A stretch of 64,000 bases of DNA from contig CAWJQQ010000009.1 in NCBI GenBank assembly GCA_963845065.1, positions 992,001 to 1,056,000 on the forward strand, given 5' to 3'. How positions within the stretch are numbered: the stretch's first letter is position 1; every line of letters begins with the position of its first letter. This document shows, piece after piece, positions 39,456-48,265 of this stretch. The notes below the pieces were generated by a model. It did not search any database. It had not been told where the DNA came from and saw nothing but the letters and a program-made list of their open reading frames with translations. This stretch comes from Nitrospirota bacterium. GTDB lineage: Bacteria; Nitrospirota; UBA9217. The position numbers and the translations under genes were made by a program.

Positions 39456-39467
39456 GGGGAGGATGCC

Positions 39468-40109
39468 ATGAAAGAAGAACTGGTAAAGGAGTGGAGTGTC
39501 GGCTATATCCTGGACCACTGGATACGGGTCATCGCGATCGCAGTGCTCATCTTCACCGGTCTATATATTCACTGGCCGTTCATCGCAGGCGGTCCGGACA
39601 GTACCATCATGGCCACGATACGGTTTCTCCATTTTGTTTCGGCCTATGCGCTCATTCTGGGCCTGGTGATCAGGGTCTATATGGCCTTCAAGTCCACCTT
39701 CGACGCAGATTGGAAAGACTTCTCGGTCAGCGAGAACCTGAAAAATATCCCGGACATCCTGGGGTACTATCTTTTTTTCAAGGGTTCTCACAAGGACTAC
39801 CGTAAATACAACCCGCTCCAGGCATTAGCTTATCTTTTCACCGGGCTGGTGATCATCTTCACGGCGTTAACCGGCGCAGCCTTGTATCATGGCAACTTGT
39901 TCGGGTTTATTGCGTGCCCGGGCAGTTTCCGGTGGGTGAGCAGCTGTTTGGGAGGCGAGTCGTACACGAGGATATGGCATATTCTCGCCATGTGGTACTT
40001 CATTGTCTTCGTCTTGGTCCACGTGTATTTGGCCATTTCAATCAGCATGATCGAGAAAGACAGGTCCTTGAGCTCGATTTTTACGGGATACAAGCTCAAA
40101 AAACAGTAA
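39468..40109 (+). CDS. Hydrogenase b-type cytochrome subunit
   Basis: Four TM helices with heme His residues (HW, RFLH, RIWH, HVY) and YNPLQ. Confidence 0.92.
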   Translation: MKEELVKEWSVGYILDHWIRVIAIAVLIFTGLYIHWPFIAGGPDSTIMATIRFLHFVSAYALILGLVIRVYMAFKSTFDADWKDFSVSENLKNIPDILGYYLFFKGSHKDYRKYNPLQALAYLFTGLVIIFTALTGAALYHGNLFGFIACPGSFRWVSSCLGGESYTRIWHILAMWYFIVFVLVHVYLAISISMIEKDRSLSSIFTGYKLKKQ

Positions 40110-40110
40110 G

Positions 40111-40617
40111 ATGATATCAGATGAACAGCTCCGGGGAGGCGCTACGGCGCCTCCCCGAAAAGTTTTAATTCTCGGCGTCGGCAATATTCTGCTCAGTGAT
40201 GACGGTTTCGGCGTACACCTGATCAACTCCCTCGCGGATACCCCCTTTCCCCCGAACGTCCAGGTCCTTGAAGCCGGCACGGTAAGCCACCAGCTCATCC
40301 CGCTGTTCCGGGAGCTTGACCACCTCATCATCATCGACGTGGTGGAGGCCGGCGACACGCCCGGGTCCCTGTTCCGTTTTTCCCCGGAAGACCTGCAGTT
40401 CACGAAAGAGCAGATGGTGTCGTTGCACCAGATCAGCCTGATCGATGTCCTCACCATGGCCGAACTGACGGGGGGGAAGCCAAAGACCGTCATTATCGGC
40501 GTCCAGCCCAAAGACGTCTCGACGTGGTCCCTGGAGCTGACCGAGCCGGTGAAGGCTGTGATCCCGAAGGTCAAAGAGCTGATATTCGAAGAGCTGAAAA
40601 AGATTGAGGCACTCTGA
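40111..40617 (+). CDS. Hydrogenase maturation protease (HyaD/HybD family)
   Basis: LGVGNILLSDDGFGV, IIDVV, SLHQ and GVQP. Confidence 0.93.
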   Translation: MISDEQLRGGATAPPRKVLILGVGNILLSDDGFGVHLINSLADTPFPPNVQVLEAGTVSHQLIPLFRELDHLIIIDVVEAGDTPGSLFRFSPEDLQFTKEQMVSLHQISLIDVLTMAELTGGKPKTVIIGVQPKDVSTWSLELTEPVKAVIPKVKELIFEELKKIEAL

Positions 40618-40716
40618 AGACCGCATACAAGGCTTGACATGACCGGTATTCTGTGGGATAGTTTCACAGTTCCCACGAACATTTTCGCTATTCACGTTAT
40701 AAGACAGGACCGACCA

Positions 40717-41259
40717 ATGTGCCTCGCCATACCCTCCCGGGTCATCAGTATCGACGGTCTTACAGCCACGATCGACGTTTTCGGCGCCCGCAGACAGGTA
40801 AGCCTCATGCTGTTGTCCGAAGAGCCGCGGGTCGGGGACTATGTGCTGGTCCACGCCGGCTTCGCGATCCAGAAGCTCGAGAAGGAACGTCTCGAATCAG
40901 GAGAAATCATGCACGAAGCATCCATTGCTCTCAGCATTATCGATATTGTCCAGGCAAAATGCATGGAGGAAGGGTTGAGCTCCGTGGATTCCATCCGGCT
41001 GCGGATCGGCAGGGCCGCCGGCATCCTGCCCGAAGCCCTGACCTTCGCCTTTGACGCGTCCAAGGACACCACCGTGGCAAAAAACGCAAAACTCGTTATC
41101 GAGACCGTGCCTGTGGGCGGGACGTGCCGCGATTGCCGGAAAGAGTTCGACGCGCCGGAAAACGCCCAGTATGTGCTGTCCTGCCCCCATTGCGGTTCAA
41201 CCTCCTATGAGATCACGCGCGGCCGTGAGATGGAGATTCTCGATATGGAGACGAATTGA
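40717..41259 (+). CDS. hypC-hypA: In-frame HypC-HypA fusion ORF (internal RBS and ATG at 40909 for HypA)
   Basis: MCLAIP...GDYVLVHAGFAI runs without a stop into MHEASIA...CRDC...CPHC..GREM. Confidence 0.9.
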   Translation: MCLAIPSRVISIDGLTATIDVFGARRQVSLMLLSEEPRVGDYVLVHAGFAIQKLEKERLESGEIMHEASIALSIIDIVQAKCMEEGLSSVDSIRLRIGRAAGILPEALTFAFDASKDTTVAKNAKLVIETVPVGGTCRDCRKEFDAPENAQYVLSCPHCGSTSYEITRGREMEILDMETN

Positions 41260-41326
41260 TGAAGCCTGAATTTATTCTGGCGGCCGCAGAGCATCAGGAA
41301 GGGCTTTGTGAAGAAAGGGCGGCGGC

Positions 41327-41968
41327 ATGAAGGTCAAGGTGGTCACGCGCATACTCGAAGCGAACGACCGTATCGCCGGGGAAAACCGGCAACGATTTGA
41401 CGATGCCGGCCTTTACGTCATCAACCTCATGGGCGCGCCGGGAGCAGGCAAAACGTCGCTCCTGGAGCGGACGATCAAGGCCCTCAAGCCGCACAGGAAG
41501 ATCGGCGTGATCGAAGGGGACATCGTGGGATCGGACGATGCAGAGAGGATCGGCGCCCTCGACGTCCCGGTGGTCCAGATCAATACCGGCGGCGCGTGCC
41601 ACCTGGACGCGAACATGATCAATGAAGTGCTGGACGAGATGCCGCTTACGGACCTCGACCTCCTGATCATCGAGAACGTGGGAAACCTCGTCTGCCCGGC
41701 CGAGTTCAAGGTCGGGGAAGACATGAAGATGATGGTCCTGTCCGTTGCCGAGGGGCACGACAAACCGCTCAAGTACCCGCTCATGTTCAGGGAATCCGGC
41801 GCCCTGGTCCTGAACAAGGTCGACCTCCTGCCGTACATGAACACGGACATCAACAAGATGCGGAACGATTCCCTGGCACTCAATCCGAACCTGAAGATCT
41901 TCGAAGTCTCCTGCGCTACCGGCGCCGGGATCGACCAGTGGGCTCAATGGCTGAACGGGCTCAAATAG
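41327..41968 (+). CDS. hypB: Hydrogenase nickel-insertion GTPase
   Basis: PGAGKT, IEGD, CHLDA, ENVGNLVCPA and DKPLKYP. Confidence 0.97.
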   Translation: MKVKVVTRILEANDRIAGENRQRFDDAGLYVINLMGAPGAGKTSLLERTIKALKPHRKIGVIEGDIVGSDDAERIGALDVPVVQINTGGACHLDANMINEVLDEMPLTDLDLLIIENVGNLVCPAEFKVGEDMKMMVLSVAEGHDKPLKYPLMFRESGALVLNKVDLLPYMNTDINKMRNDSLALNPNLKIFEVSCATGAGIDQWAQWLNGLK

Positions 41969-42051
41969 TAGTCAAGGGCATTGTCCAGGGCGTCGGCTTT
42001 GGGCATGCCTGTTCAGTGAAAACTGAAAAAGAGCGGAGCATAATAATATGA
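41947..42051 (+). pseudogene. hypF: hypF remnant (34 codons)
   Basis: MAERAQIVVKGIVQGVGF (acylphosphatase-domain motif) then GHAC...stop; overlaps the hypB end and the hypD start. Confidence 0.7.
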
Positions 42052-43106
42052 AAGAAATGCTCGAAGAACTTCATAAACTTACCACAGGAATCAACAAGCC
42101 GATCAAACTCATGGAAGTCTGCGGCACCCATACCGTGGAAATATTCCGGCACGGTATCCGCGACATAATACCGGAGAGCATTACCCTCCTGAGCGGGCCG
42201 GGATGCCCAGTCTGCGTGACGTCCGTGCATGACGTGGACGCATCGATCTCCATTGCTAAAAACCCCGACGTTATCATGACCACGTTCGGAGACATGATGA
42301 GGGTACCCGGAGGGACGCAGTCGCTTCTGGAAGCGCGGTCCGAGGGGGCAGACGTACGGGTGCTTTATTCTCCCATTGACGCACTGACCCTTGCACAAAA
42401 AGAAAAAGGCAAGACCGTTGTCTTCTTCGCAACTGGGTTCGAGACTACATCACCCCTTATAGCCGGTACAATAGCACATGCCGAGCTGGCTGGGACTAAA
42501 AACTTCACTATTTATGCAGCACACAAGCTTGTACCTCCTGCCTTAAGAGCCCTGCTTGATTCACCTGACGTCCAAGTCGACGGTTTTATCCTGCCAGGTC
42601 ATGTCAGTACTATCATCGGTACTAAGCCTTACGAATTCATCGCATCGCAGTATAAAATACCGTCGGTAGTAACAGGATTTGAAGCCAAAGAGGTTATTGA
42701 AGGGATACTCATGATCGTGCGTCAAATCGCACAGAAGAGAGCTGCAGTCGAGATCCAATATACCAAGGCAGTCCGCGAAGAAGGTAACCCCCGGGCTGTC
42801 GCGCTACTTGACAAATATTTTGAGCCTGCAGACGCGTACTGGCGCGGGATCGGCGTCCTCCCCGGAAGCGGTCTCAAACTCAGAGACAAATACGCCGCAT
42901 TCGATGCGAATATCAAATTCCATCCGCCAGCGTCAAATGCAAAAGAACCTGAGCTCTGTTCCTGCGGAGATATCCTGCGCGGGGTAAAGATTCCGACAGA
43001 ATGTCCGCTTTTCGGAACAGCGTGCACGCCTGAAGCACCCGTCGGACCTTGCATGGTAAGTACCGAGGGAAGCTGCGCAGCGTATTTCAAGTATGGAAAA
43101 CACTGA
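42048..43106 (+). CDS. hypD: Hydrogenase maturation protein HypD
   Basis: MEVCGTHT, GPGCPVCV, GFETT, PGHVS and CMVSTEGSCAA. Confidence 0.97.
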   Translation: MKEMLEELHKLTTGINKPIKLMEVCGTHTVEIFRHGIRDIIPESITLLSGPGCPVCVTSVHDVDASISIAKNPDVIMTTFGDMMRVPGGTQSLLEARSEGADVRVLYSPIDALTLAQKEKGKTVVFFATGFETTSPLIAGTIAHAELAGTKNFTIYAAHKLVPPALRALLDSPDVQVDGFILPGHVSTIIGTKPYEFIASQYKIPSVVTGFEAKEVIEGILMIVRQIAQKRAAVEIQYTKAVREEGNPRAVALLDKYFEPADAYWRGIGVLPGSGLKLRDKYAAFDANIKFHPPASNAKEPELCSCGDILRGVKIPTECPLFGTACTPEAPVGPCMVSTEGSCAAYFKYGKH

Positions 43107-43275
43107 CGATATAGGTAAAAGAACTTAAGCGTCAAATTATTTTTAACAAGATAAAAGAGGTTACAGCAAAGGAGTCAAGTGCGCTGTCGAAAATCTTTCC
43201 TTAGGTTTATGCTATCCTTCGAGTACTTCTCACCTTGGCGGTATAAGGATATGGGTTCTGGATTAGGAGAAAGTT

Positions 43276-44271
43276 TTGGATAGAATACTACTCGGCCACG
43301 GCAGCGGTGGAAAACTGATGCACGATCTAATCTCACAGCACTTCGGACCCGCCTTTGGCATCGAGGGTGCGGGCGATTCTGCTGTTGTGAACGTCTCTTC
43401 CAGGCGGCTTGCATACACAACCGATTCCTACGTTGTCACGCCGCTCTTCTTCCCCGGCGGTAATATCGGAGAACTAGCGGTCAATGGCACGGTTAACGAC
43501 CTTGCCGTATCAGGCGCAGAGCCGCTGTACCTCACCGCCGGCTTCGTGATCGAAGAGGGTTTTCCCTTTTCCGATCTAAAAACAATTATAGCATCCATGT
43601 CACTTGCAGCAGAAAAAGCAGGCGTAAAGATCGTTGCTGGCGATACAAAGGTTGTGAACAAGGGCAAAGCCGACGGGATCTTCATTAACACTTCGGGCAT
43701 CGGCGTGCTGCCCGGAGAGCGCAAGATTTCGGCATCGCAGATCAAACGGGGCGACAAGGTTATAATCAGCGGTGAGATTGGCAGTCACGGCGTTGCAGTG
43801 ATGTCCGAACGAAACGGCCTCACCTTTGTCCCGCCGGTTATCAGCGATACCCGCGCGCTCAATAGCCTTGTCAAGAATATGTATGCCGTATCTGACGATA
43901 TCCATTTCATGCGCGATCCAACTCGGGGTGGTCTTGCCACGACCCTCAAGGAAACGGCACTGGAATCCCGGCTATGCGTCAGAATCAGGGAGCAAGCGTT
44001 ACCCGTAGCGCAGGGAGTAAAAGGCGCTTGCAGCCTGCTCGGGCTCGACCCGCTTTTTGTGGCGAACGAGGGGATATTGATAGCCATCGTCAATCCTACA
44101 GATGTAGATTCAATTGTAACAGCAATGCGAAAACACAAAGACGGGAAAAACGCTGTGATCATCGGTGAGATTGTTGATAATCCTTCCGGGGGAGTGCTGC
44201 TCGAAACTGCTATCGGCGGTACGCGAATCATCGATATGCTTCAGGGTGAGCAGCTGCCGAGAATCTGCTAA
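43276..44271 (+). CDS. hypE: Carbamoyl dehydratase HypE
   Basis: HGSGG, NGTVNDL, DPTRGG and terminal PRIC; TTG start after AGGAG. Confidence 0.97.
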   Translation: MDRILLGHGSGGKLMHDLISQHFGPAFGIEGAGDSAVVNVSSRRLAYTTDSYVVTPLFFPGGNIGELAVNGTVNDLAVSGAEPLYLTAGFVIEEGFPFSDLKTIIASMSLAAEKAGVKIVAGDTKVVNKGKADGIFINTSGIGVLPGERKISASQIKRGDKVIISGEIGSHGVAVMSERNGLTFVPPVISDTRALNSLVKNMYAVSDDIHFMRDPTRGGLATTLKETALESRLCVRIREQALPVAQGVKGACSLLGLDPLFVANEGILIAIVNPTDVDSIVTAMRKHKDGKNAVIIGEIVDNPSGGVLLETAIGGTRIIDMLQGEQLPRIC

Positions 44272-44406
44272 CGGGCTGCCGAAACATTCCATTGCCTTCC
44301 TCGCACTATTCCTAATTTCTCCCGCGATTTGCGCAAATGAATACCTCAAAAAAAATAATTAAGATGACGGACATACTTTCATTGTTGTAAAATATCTTTG
44401 CAGTCA

Positions 44407-44435
44407 TTGACTTCGCTGATTACCGTGATTATACT
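44407..44435 (+). promoter_or_regulatory. sigma70 promoter upstream of pdhA
   Basis: TTGACT-17 nt-TATACT. Confidence 0.6.
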
Positions 44436-44627
44436 TTAGACATGGCCTGAGAGTAAGATAGCCGATATTGTTCTCCTTGAGCGTTCGCTGTAAAATATTT
44501 TATTATTAGAAAAACCAGGTAATTAAACTACGAGCTTCCGTCCACTACATCGTATTCATTTGAAGGTTGCCTGTTCATGTTGGTAAAACGTTGCATGGAA
44601 CTCAGTAGTTAAAGGGAGGGACAATCA

Positions 44628-45683
44628 TTGCCGGAACAAATTATAGAATCATATCAGGTGAAGCGTCTCGATATTCTTGATGAAAAGGGAAATTCGGATG
44701 ACGCGCTCGCACCTTCCCTGACCGATAGCGAACTAATGAAAATGTACGACTTTACCATCCTTGCAAGGACTTTCGACCAGCGGGCTATCAGCCTGCAGCG
44801 TGAGGGAAGGCTTGGCACATACCCTTCCATCGTCGGACAGGAGGCTTCACAGATCGGAAGCGCACTTGCAGCCGAGAAGTCGGATTGGCTGTTTCCCACG
44901 TTCAGGGAAAGTGGCGTTTACATCGCCAGGGGTTTACCTATGGACATGATTTTTCAGTACTGGTCTGGTGACGAACGTGGCATGAGGATTCCCGATACAA
45001 TGAACGTTTTTCCACTTGCCATTCCCGTTGGGACTCAGATTGCACATGCCGTCGGCGCTGCAATGGCAATCAAGTACCGCAAAGACCCGGCCGCGGTATT
45101 AGTGTATTTCGGAGATGGTGGAAGCTCGAGGGGTGACTTCCATGAAGGACTGAACATGGCTGGCGTTTTTCAGCTTCCGATCCTGTTCCTCTGTCAGAAC
45201 AATCAATGGGCTATATCGGTCCCGCGCGAGCACCAAACCGCGTCAAAGACGATTGCACAAAAGGCGATTTCCTACGGCTTTGAAGGCCTCCAGGTGGATG
45301 GAAACGACATATTTGCCGTGTTCAAGGCGACAAAGGACGCACTCGCGAAGGCAAAAAAGGGAGGCGGCCCGACCTTGATCGAATGCTTCACATACCGGAT
45401 GGCAGACCACACGACGTCAGATGATGCTTCGCGTTACCGGCAAAAGGATGAAATCGAGATGTGGAAGGCGCGGGACCCTATACTGCGGCTGAGGTTGTAC
45501 TTAGAGAAAAAAGGCCTTTTAAATGAAGCATATCAAAAAGAAATTGAAGCACGTTCAAAGGCCACAGTTGACGAGGCTCAAAAGAAGGCCGAAACAGCAC
45601 AGCCGCCCGACCCCAGGGACATGTTCACCTACTCCTCAGCGAGCCTCTCACAGAGGCAGACGAGACAACTAAAGGACTTCTGA
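44628..45683 (+). CDS. pdhA: Pyruvate (2-oxoacid) dehydrogenase E1 alpha
   Basis: LQREGR, GQEA, GDG..NN ThDP motif and HTTSDD; TTG start after GGGAGG. Confidence 0.9.
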   Translation: MPEQIIESYQVKRLDILDEKGNSDDALAPSLTDSELMKMYDFTILARTFDQRAISLQREGRLGTYPSIVGQEASQIGSALAAEKSDWLFPTFRESGVYIARGLPMDMIFQYWSGDERGMRIPDTMNVFPLAIPVGTQIAHAVGAAMAIKYRKDPAAVLVYFGDGGSSRGDFHEGLNMAGVFQLPILFLCQNNQWAISVPREHQTASKTIAQKAISYGFEGLQVDGNDIFAVFKATKDALAKAKKGGGPTLIECFTYRMADHTTSDDASRYRQKDEIEMWKARDPILRLRLYLEKKGLLNEAYQKEIEARSKATVDEAQKKAETAQPPDPRDMFTYSSASLSQRQTRQLKDF

Positions 45684-45684
45684 T

Positions 45685-46647
45685 ATGGCGACGATGAATA
45701 TGGTTCAGGCTTTGAACCTGGCTTTGCGGGAAGAAATGGAACTGGACAAGGATGTGGTAGTCCTGGGCGAAGACGTGGGAAGGGACGGAGGCGTGTTCCG
45801 GGTGACCGATGGGTTGTTCAGCCGTTTCGGTGCAGAGCGCGTCGTGGATACTCCACTCGCCGAGACCGGGATCATAGGTGCAGCAATTGGCATGGCTATA
45901 TACGGGCTCAAGCCAGTCGTCGAGATACAGTTCATGGGGTTCATCTATTCAGCAATCGATCAGATTTTCTCGCACGCTGCGCGCATCCGGGCACGGTCGC
46001 GAGGTCGGTTCACTGCTTCCCTCGTCATCCGCACTCCCTATGGCGGAGGCGTCAAGGCCCTCGAACATCATTCCGAAAGCACTGAGGCACTCTTCTGCCA
46101 GATGCCGGGTGTGAAAGTCGTGGTACCTTCGTCGCCTCGTCTCGCGAAGGGGTTGCTTCATTCCGCGATCAGGGATCCGGACCCAGTTATCTTTCTCGAA
46201 CCTACACGGCTTTACCGGATGATCAAGGAGGACGTGCCCGAGATCGACTACACAGTGCCGCTCGGAAAGGCGCGTGTTGTCCGAGAAGGGAAGGACGTCA
46301 CGGTGCTCGCCTGGGGAAGCATGCTCCAACGAGCCATGCAGTCAGTGGAGGGAATCAATGCCGAGGTGATTGATCTCATGACCCTTTCCCCCTTTGACGA
46401 GGAGACCGTGCTTCAGTCGGTAAAGAAAACGGGACGGGTTGTGATCGTTCACGAAGCGCCATCGAACTGCGGTTTGGGAGCGGAGCTTTCGGCAACGATT
46501 GCTGAGCTTGCCATGCTCCATCTCAAAGCGCCTATCCTCCGGGTAACGTCGTATGATGTCGTCCTGCCGTTGCCCAAGCTCGAGGACTATTATCTGCCGA
46601 GTGTGACAAGGATTCGAAAGGCCATCGAGTCGACATTGCAGTATTGA
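45685..46647 (+). CDS. pdhB: Pyruvate (2-oxoacid) dehydrogenase E1 beta
   Basis: GEDVG..GGVFR, DTPLAE, EIQF and EHHS. Confidence 0.9.
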   Translation: MATMNMVQALNLALREEMELDKDVVVLGEDVGRDGGVFRVTDGLFSRFGAERVVDTPLAETGIIGAAIGMAIYGLKPVVEIQFMGFIYSAIDQIFSHAARIRARSRGRFTASLVIRTPYGGGVKALEHHSESTEALFCQMPGVKVVVPSSPRLAKGLLHSAIRDPDPVIFLEPTRLYRMIKEDVPEIDYTVPLGKARVVREGKDVTVLAWGSMLQRAMQSVEGINAEVIDLMTLSPFDEETVLQSVKKTGRVVIVHEAPSNCGLGAELSATIAELAMLHLKAPILRVTSYDVVLPLPKLEDYYLPSVTRIRKAIESTLQY

Positions 46648-46692
46648 CGTCCTCCCACTGCTATAGCATGTCGGGCTTCTCGCGTGGGGCTC
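46644..46692 (-). repeat. ~50-bp IS200/IS605 right-end-like element (copy 3)
   Basis: ttgacgtcctcccactgctatagcatgtcgggcttctcgcgtggggctc aligns with 21427-21476; its TTGA overlaps the pdhB stop. Confidence 0.7.
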
Positions 46693-46829
46693 TTAAACCT
46701 GATTAGAGTCATTAACCAAATGCTTGATTCACTATCGCAAAGTTAGAAAAGTGTTGTTTTTTACATTGTACGGCGAAGCAAACTATAGTTTTAAATGCTT
46801 CTTATCAATCAAGACAGAGGACCTTAACC

Positions 46830-48092
46830 ATGGCATTCAACTTTGTTCTGCCCGATTTGGGAGAAGGTATTGCAGAAGGTGAAATCAGAAAATGGCTTGT
46901 CAAGGAAGGTTCGACTATCGAAGAGCACCAGGCAGTCCTTGAGATCGAGACGGACAAGGCCGTCGTGGAGGTACCGTCACCCAAAGGGGGGACGGTCCTT
47001 CAGATCACCAAGGCAGAAGGCGACACAGTAAAAGTGGGTGAAGTACTAATAGTCATCGGAGAAACTGGCGAGAAAATTGGGGAACAGCCTGCAAAAGAGC
47101 GGCATAAGGACGAGGAGCGGCCGAAATCCGTGTCCGTGGTTGGCGAACTACCCGAAGCAGAGGACGAAGTGAAGCCTGCGGCAGCGTGGCCGAAATTGGC
47201 TTCAGTTGAAGGTCAACTTTCGGGCCAGGAGGAAACCGATGTCCTCGCCGTGCCCGCTGTCAGGGCGTTTGCAAAAAAGCAGGGTGTCGCTCTCGACAAG
47301 ATTAAAGGTACGGGACCGGGAGGAAGCATTTCGCAAGAGGACGTTCTTAAGGCAACGAAGCTTCCCTTGAAGGCAGAAGACCGATATGGACCATTCGAAA
47401 GAGTGGCGATCAAGGGATTGAGAAAGACGATAGCGAAAAATCTTGTCCTAGCTCAGAAGACAACGGCGTTCGTAACGGAAACAGACGAGGCGGACATAAC
47501 CGACCTCTGGGATCTACGAGTGCGTGAAAAGAAGGCGCTTGAAGACAAAGGAGTGCACCTGACCTTTGTCCCTTTTTTCATGAAGGCCATTCAACATACG
47601 CTTATGGAGTTCCGCACGTTCAACGCCTCTGTTGATGAGGAACGCGAGGAGATCTTACTCAAAAATTACTTCAATATAGGAGTTGCCGTGGATACAGCAG
47701 ATGGACTCATTGTAACTGTGGTGAAAAACGTCGAGAAGAAGACTATCCGCGAGCTTGCAACGGAGCTCCAGATTTTGAGCAAACAAGCCCGGGAGCGGAC
47801 GATCAAGCTTGAGGACCTTCGTGGCAGCACTTTTACGGTAACCAATTACGGTACGTACGGATCAACCTTTGCAACGCCGATTATCAACTATCCCGATGTA
47901 GCGATCCTAGGGACTGGGAAAATCACCGACAAACCCTGGGTCAAGGGAGGCCAGATCAAAGTTCGCAAAATTCTTCCTCTATCGCTCACATTCGACCATA
48001 GGGTGAACGATGGCGCAAGTGCGGCAAAATTTCTGACAAGACTCCTCAACTATCTCGAAGACCCGGCATCTATTTTTATCGAGAGTGCCTAG
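46830..48092 (+). CDS. pdhC: Dihydrolipoamide acyltransferase E2
   Basis: Lipoyl motif ETDKA, E3-binding GTGPGG and catalytic DHRVNDG. Confidence 0.9.
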   Translation: MAFNFVLPDLGEGIAEGEIRKWLVKEGSTIEEHQAVLEIETDKAVVEVPSPKGGTVLQITKAEGDTVKVGEVLIVIGETGEKIGEQPAKERHKDEERPKSVSVVGELPEAEDEVKPAAAWPKLASVEGQLSGQEETDVLAVPAVRAFAKKQGVALDKIKGTGPGGSISQEDVLKATKLPLKAEDRYGPFERVAIKGLRKTIAKNLVLAQKTTAFVTETDEADITDLWDLRVREKKALEDKGVHLTFVPFFMKAIQHTLMEFRTFNASVDEEREEILLKNYFNIGVAVDTADGLIVTVVKNVEKKTIRELATELQILSKQARERTIKLEDLRGSTFTVTNYGTYGSTFATPIINYPDVAILGTGKITDKPWVKGGQIKVRKILPLSLTFDHRVNDGASAAKFLTRLLNYLEDPASIFIESA

Positions 48093-48265
48093 CCTTCTCC
48101 ACAAAATTATCGCCAATGATGAAGTTGCATATTCCGTTCTAAGCAATCGCACATCTCAAGGAAGCCACTTTATTTTGTTCTCCTTGAATCCTGAAACTTC
48201 GCGAAATGCTAACATGATTCTGTTTTTAATTTCAAACGACATTAAATTTCTTTTGTGTCTGACAG

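Noticed and set aside
37369..41947. Long antisense ORFs over the hydrogenase operon (e.g. 38934-39518, 40165-40854, 41294-41947)
   Set aside because: Shadow ORFs expected from GC-rich codon usage of well-supported plus-strand genes.
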